Assembly: GCA_043789265.1 (NCBI GenBank)
Contig: JAYWIB010000413.1
Coordinates: 1-39,582, forward strand
Origin: Chitinophagaceae bacterium
Lineage (GTDB): Bacteria > Bacteroidota > Bacteroidia > Chitinophagales > Chitinophagaceae
Reading direction: 5' to 3'
DNA: 39,582 nucleotides
The notes beneath the pieces are model-generated. The model saw only the letters and a list, made by a program, of their open reading frames with translations, was not told the origin of the DNA and made no database searches. Below are positions 39,315 to 39,582 of this stretch, piece after piece (the first letter of the stretch is position 1; each line of letters starts with the position of its first letter). A program made the translations under genes and the position numbers.

Positions 39315-39582
39315 ATGAAAAAAATATTGCTATTAATGGCAGTGTGTACTATGCAGCAATTGCTATATGCACAACAGCCCAGCACAAAAGACTACGATAC
39401 TTTACAAACAATTATGCGTCTGGATGAAGTGGTGATTTCTGCCACCCGTTTCCCTGAACATACAAAATTTATTGCCCAGCAGGTACAGGTGTTGTCAGCA
39501 AAAAAAATGCAATTTTTAAACCAGCCAACTACTGCCGAAATGCTGGCACAAAGCGGAAATGTATTTGTACAAAAAAGCCAGT
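39315..39582 (+). CDS. TonB-dependent receptor, 5' part only (runs off the window; not in the ORF track)
   Basis: My translation gives a signal peptide MKKILLL..., TonB-box-like LDEVVISATR and plug start AEMLAQSGNVFVQKSQ. Confidence 0.85.
   Translation, partial: MKKILLLMAVCTMQQLLYAQQPSTKDYDTLQTIMRLDEVVISATRFPEHTKFIAQQVQVLSAKKMQFLNQPTTAEMLAQSGNVFVQKSQ

Overview
A gene-dense, mostly housekeeping window. The gene content (gldB, a Bat/MoxR cluster, a TonB-dependent receptor) and TAnnTTTG promoters point to Bacteroidota, probably Chitinophagaceae-like (inference). In order it holds gdhA, rsmE, dnaB, a 490-bp divergent gap with clustered DnaA boxes (oriC candidate), pheT-zapB-like-zapA, iscS-iscU-iscA interleaved with short palindromic repeats, mce, a rhomboid protease, an MBL hydrolase and a WD40/Omp85-type outer-membrane protein. 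Next come a wHTH regulator-creD-dgkA-DUF1361 envelope operon with a repeated palindromic operator, an AT-rich insert (doubly frameshifted M57 metallopeptidase plus a GT61), a class III aminotransferase, a gamma carbonic anhydrase, rsgA and moxR-DUF58-batA. The window ends with an AAA_14/DUF4143 ATPase-nuclease, nadE, gldB, a fatty acid desaturase, apaG, SUI1/yciH, nadC, DUF4783, gpmI, a haem-binding protein and a PPP-tailed ORF ahead of a truncated TonB-dependent receptor. I saw no rRNA, tRNA, CRISPR array or transposase. All calls come from reading motifs by eye; no database search was run.
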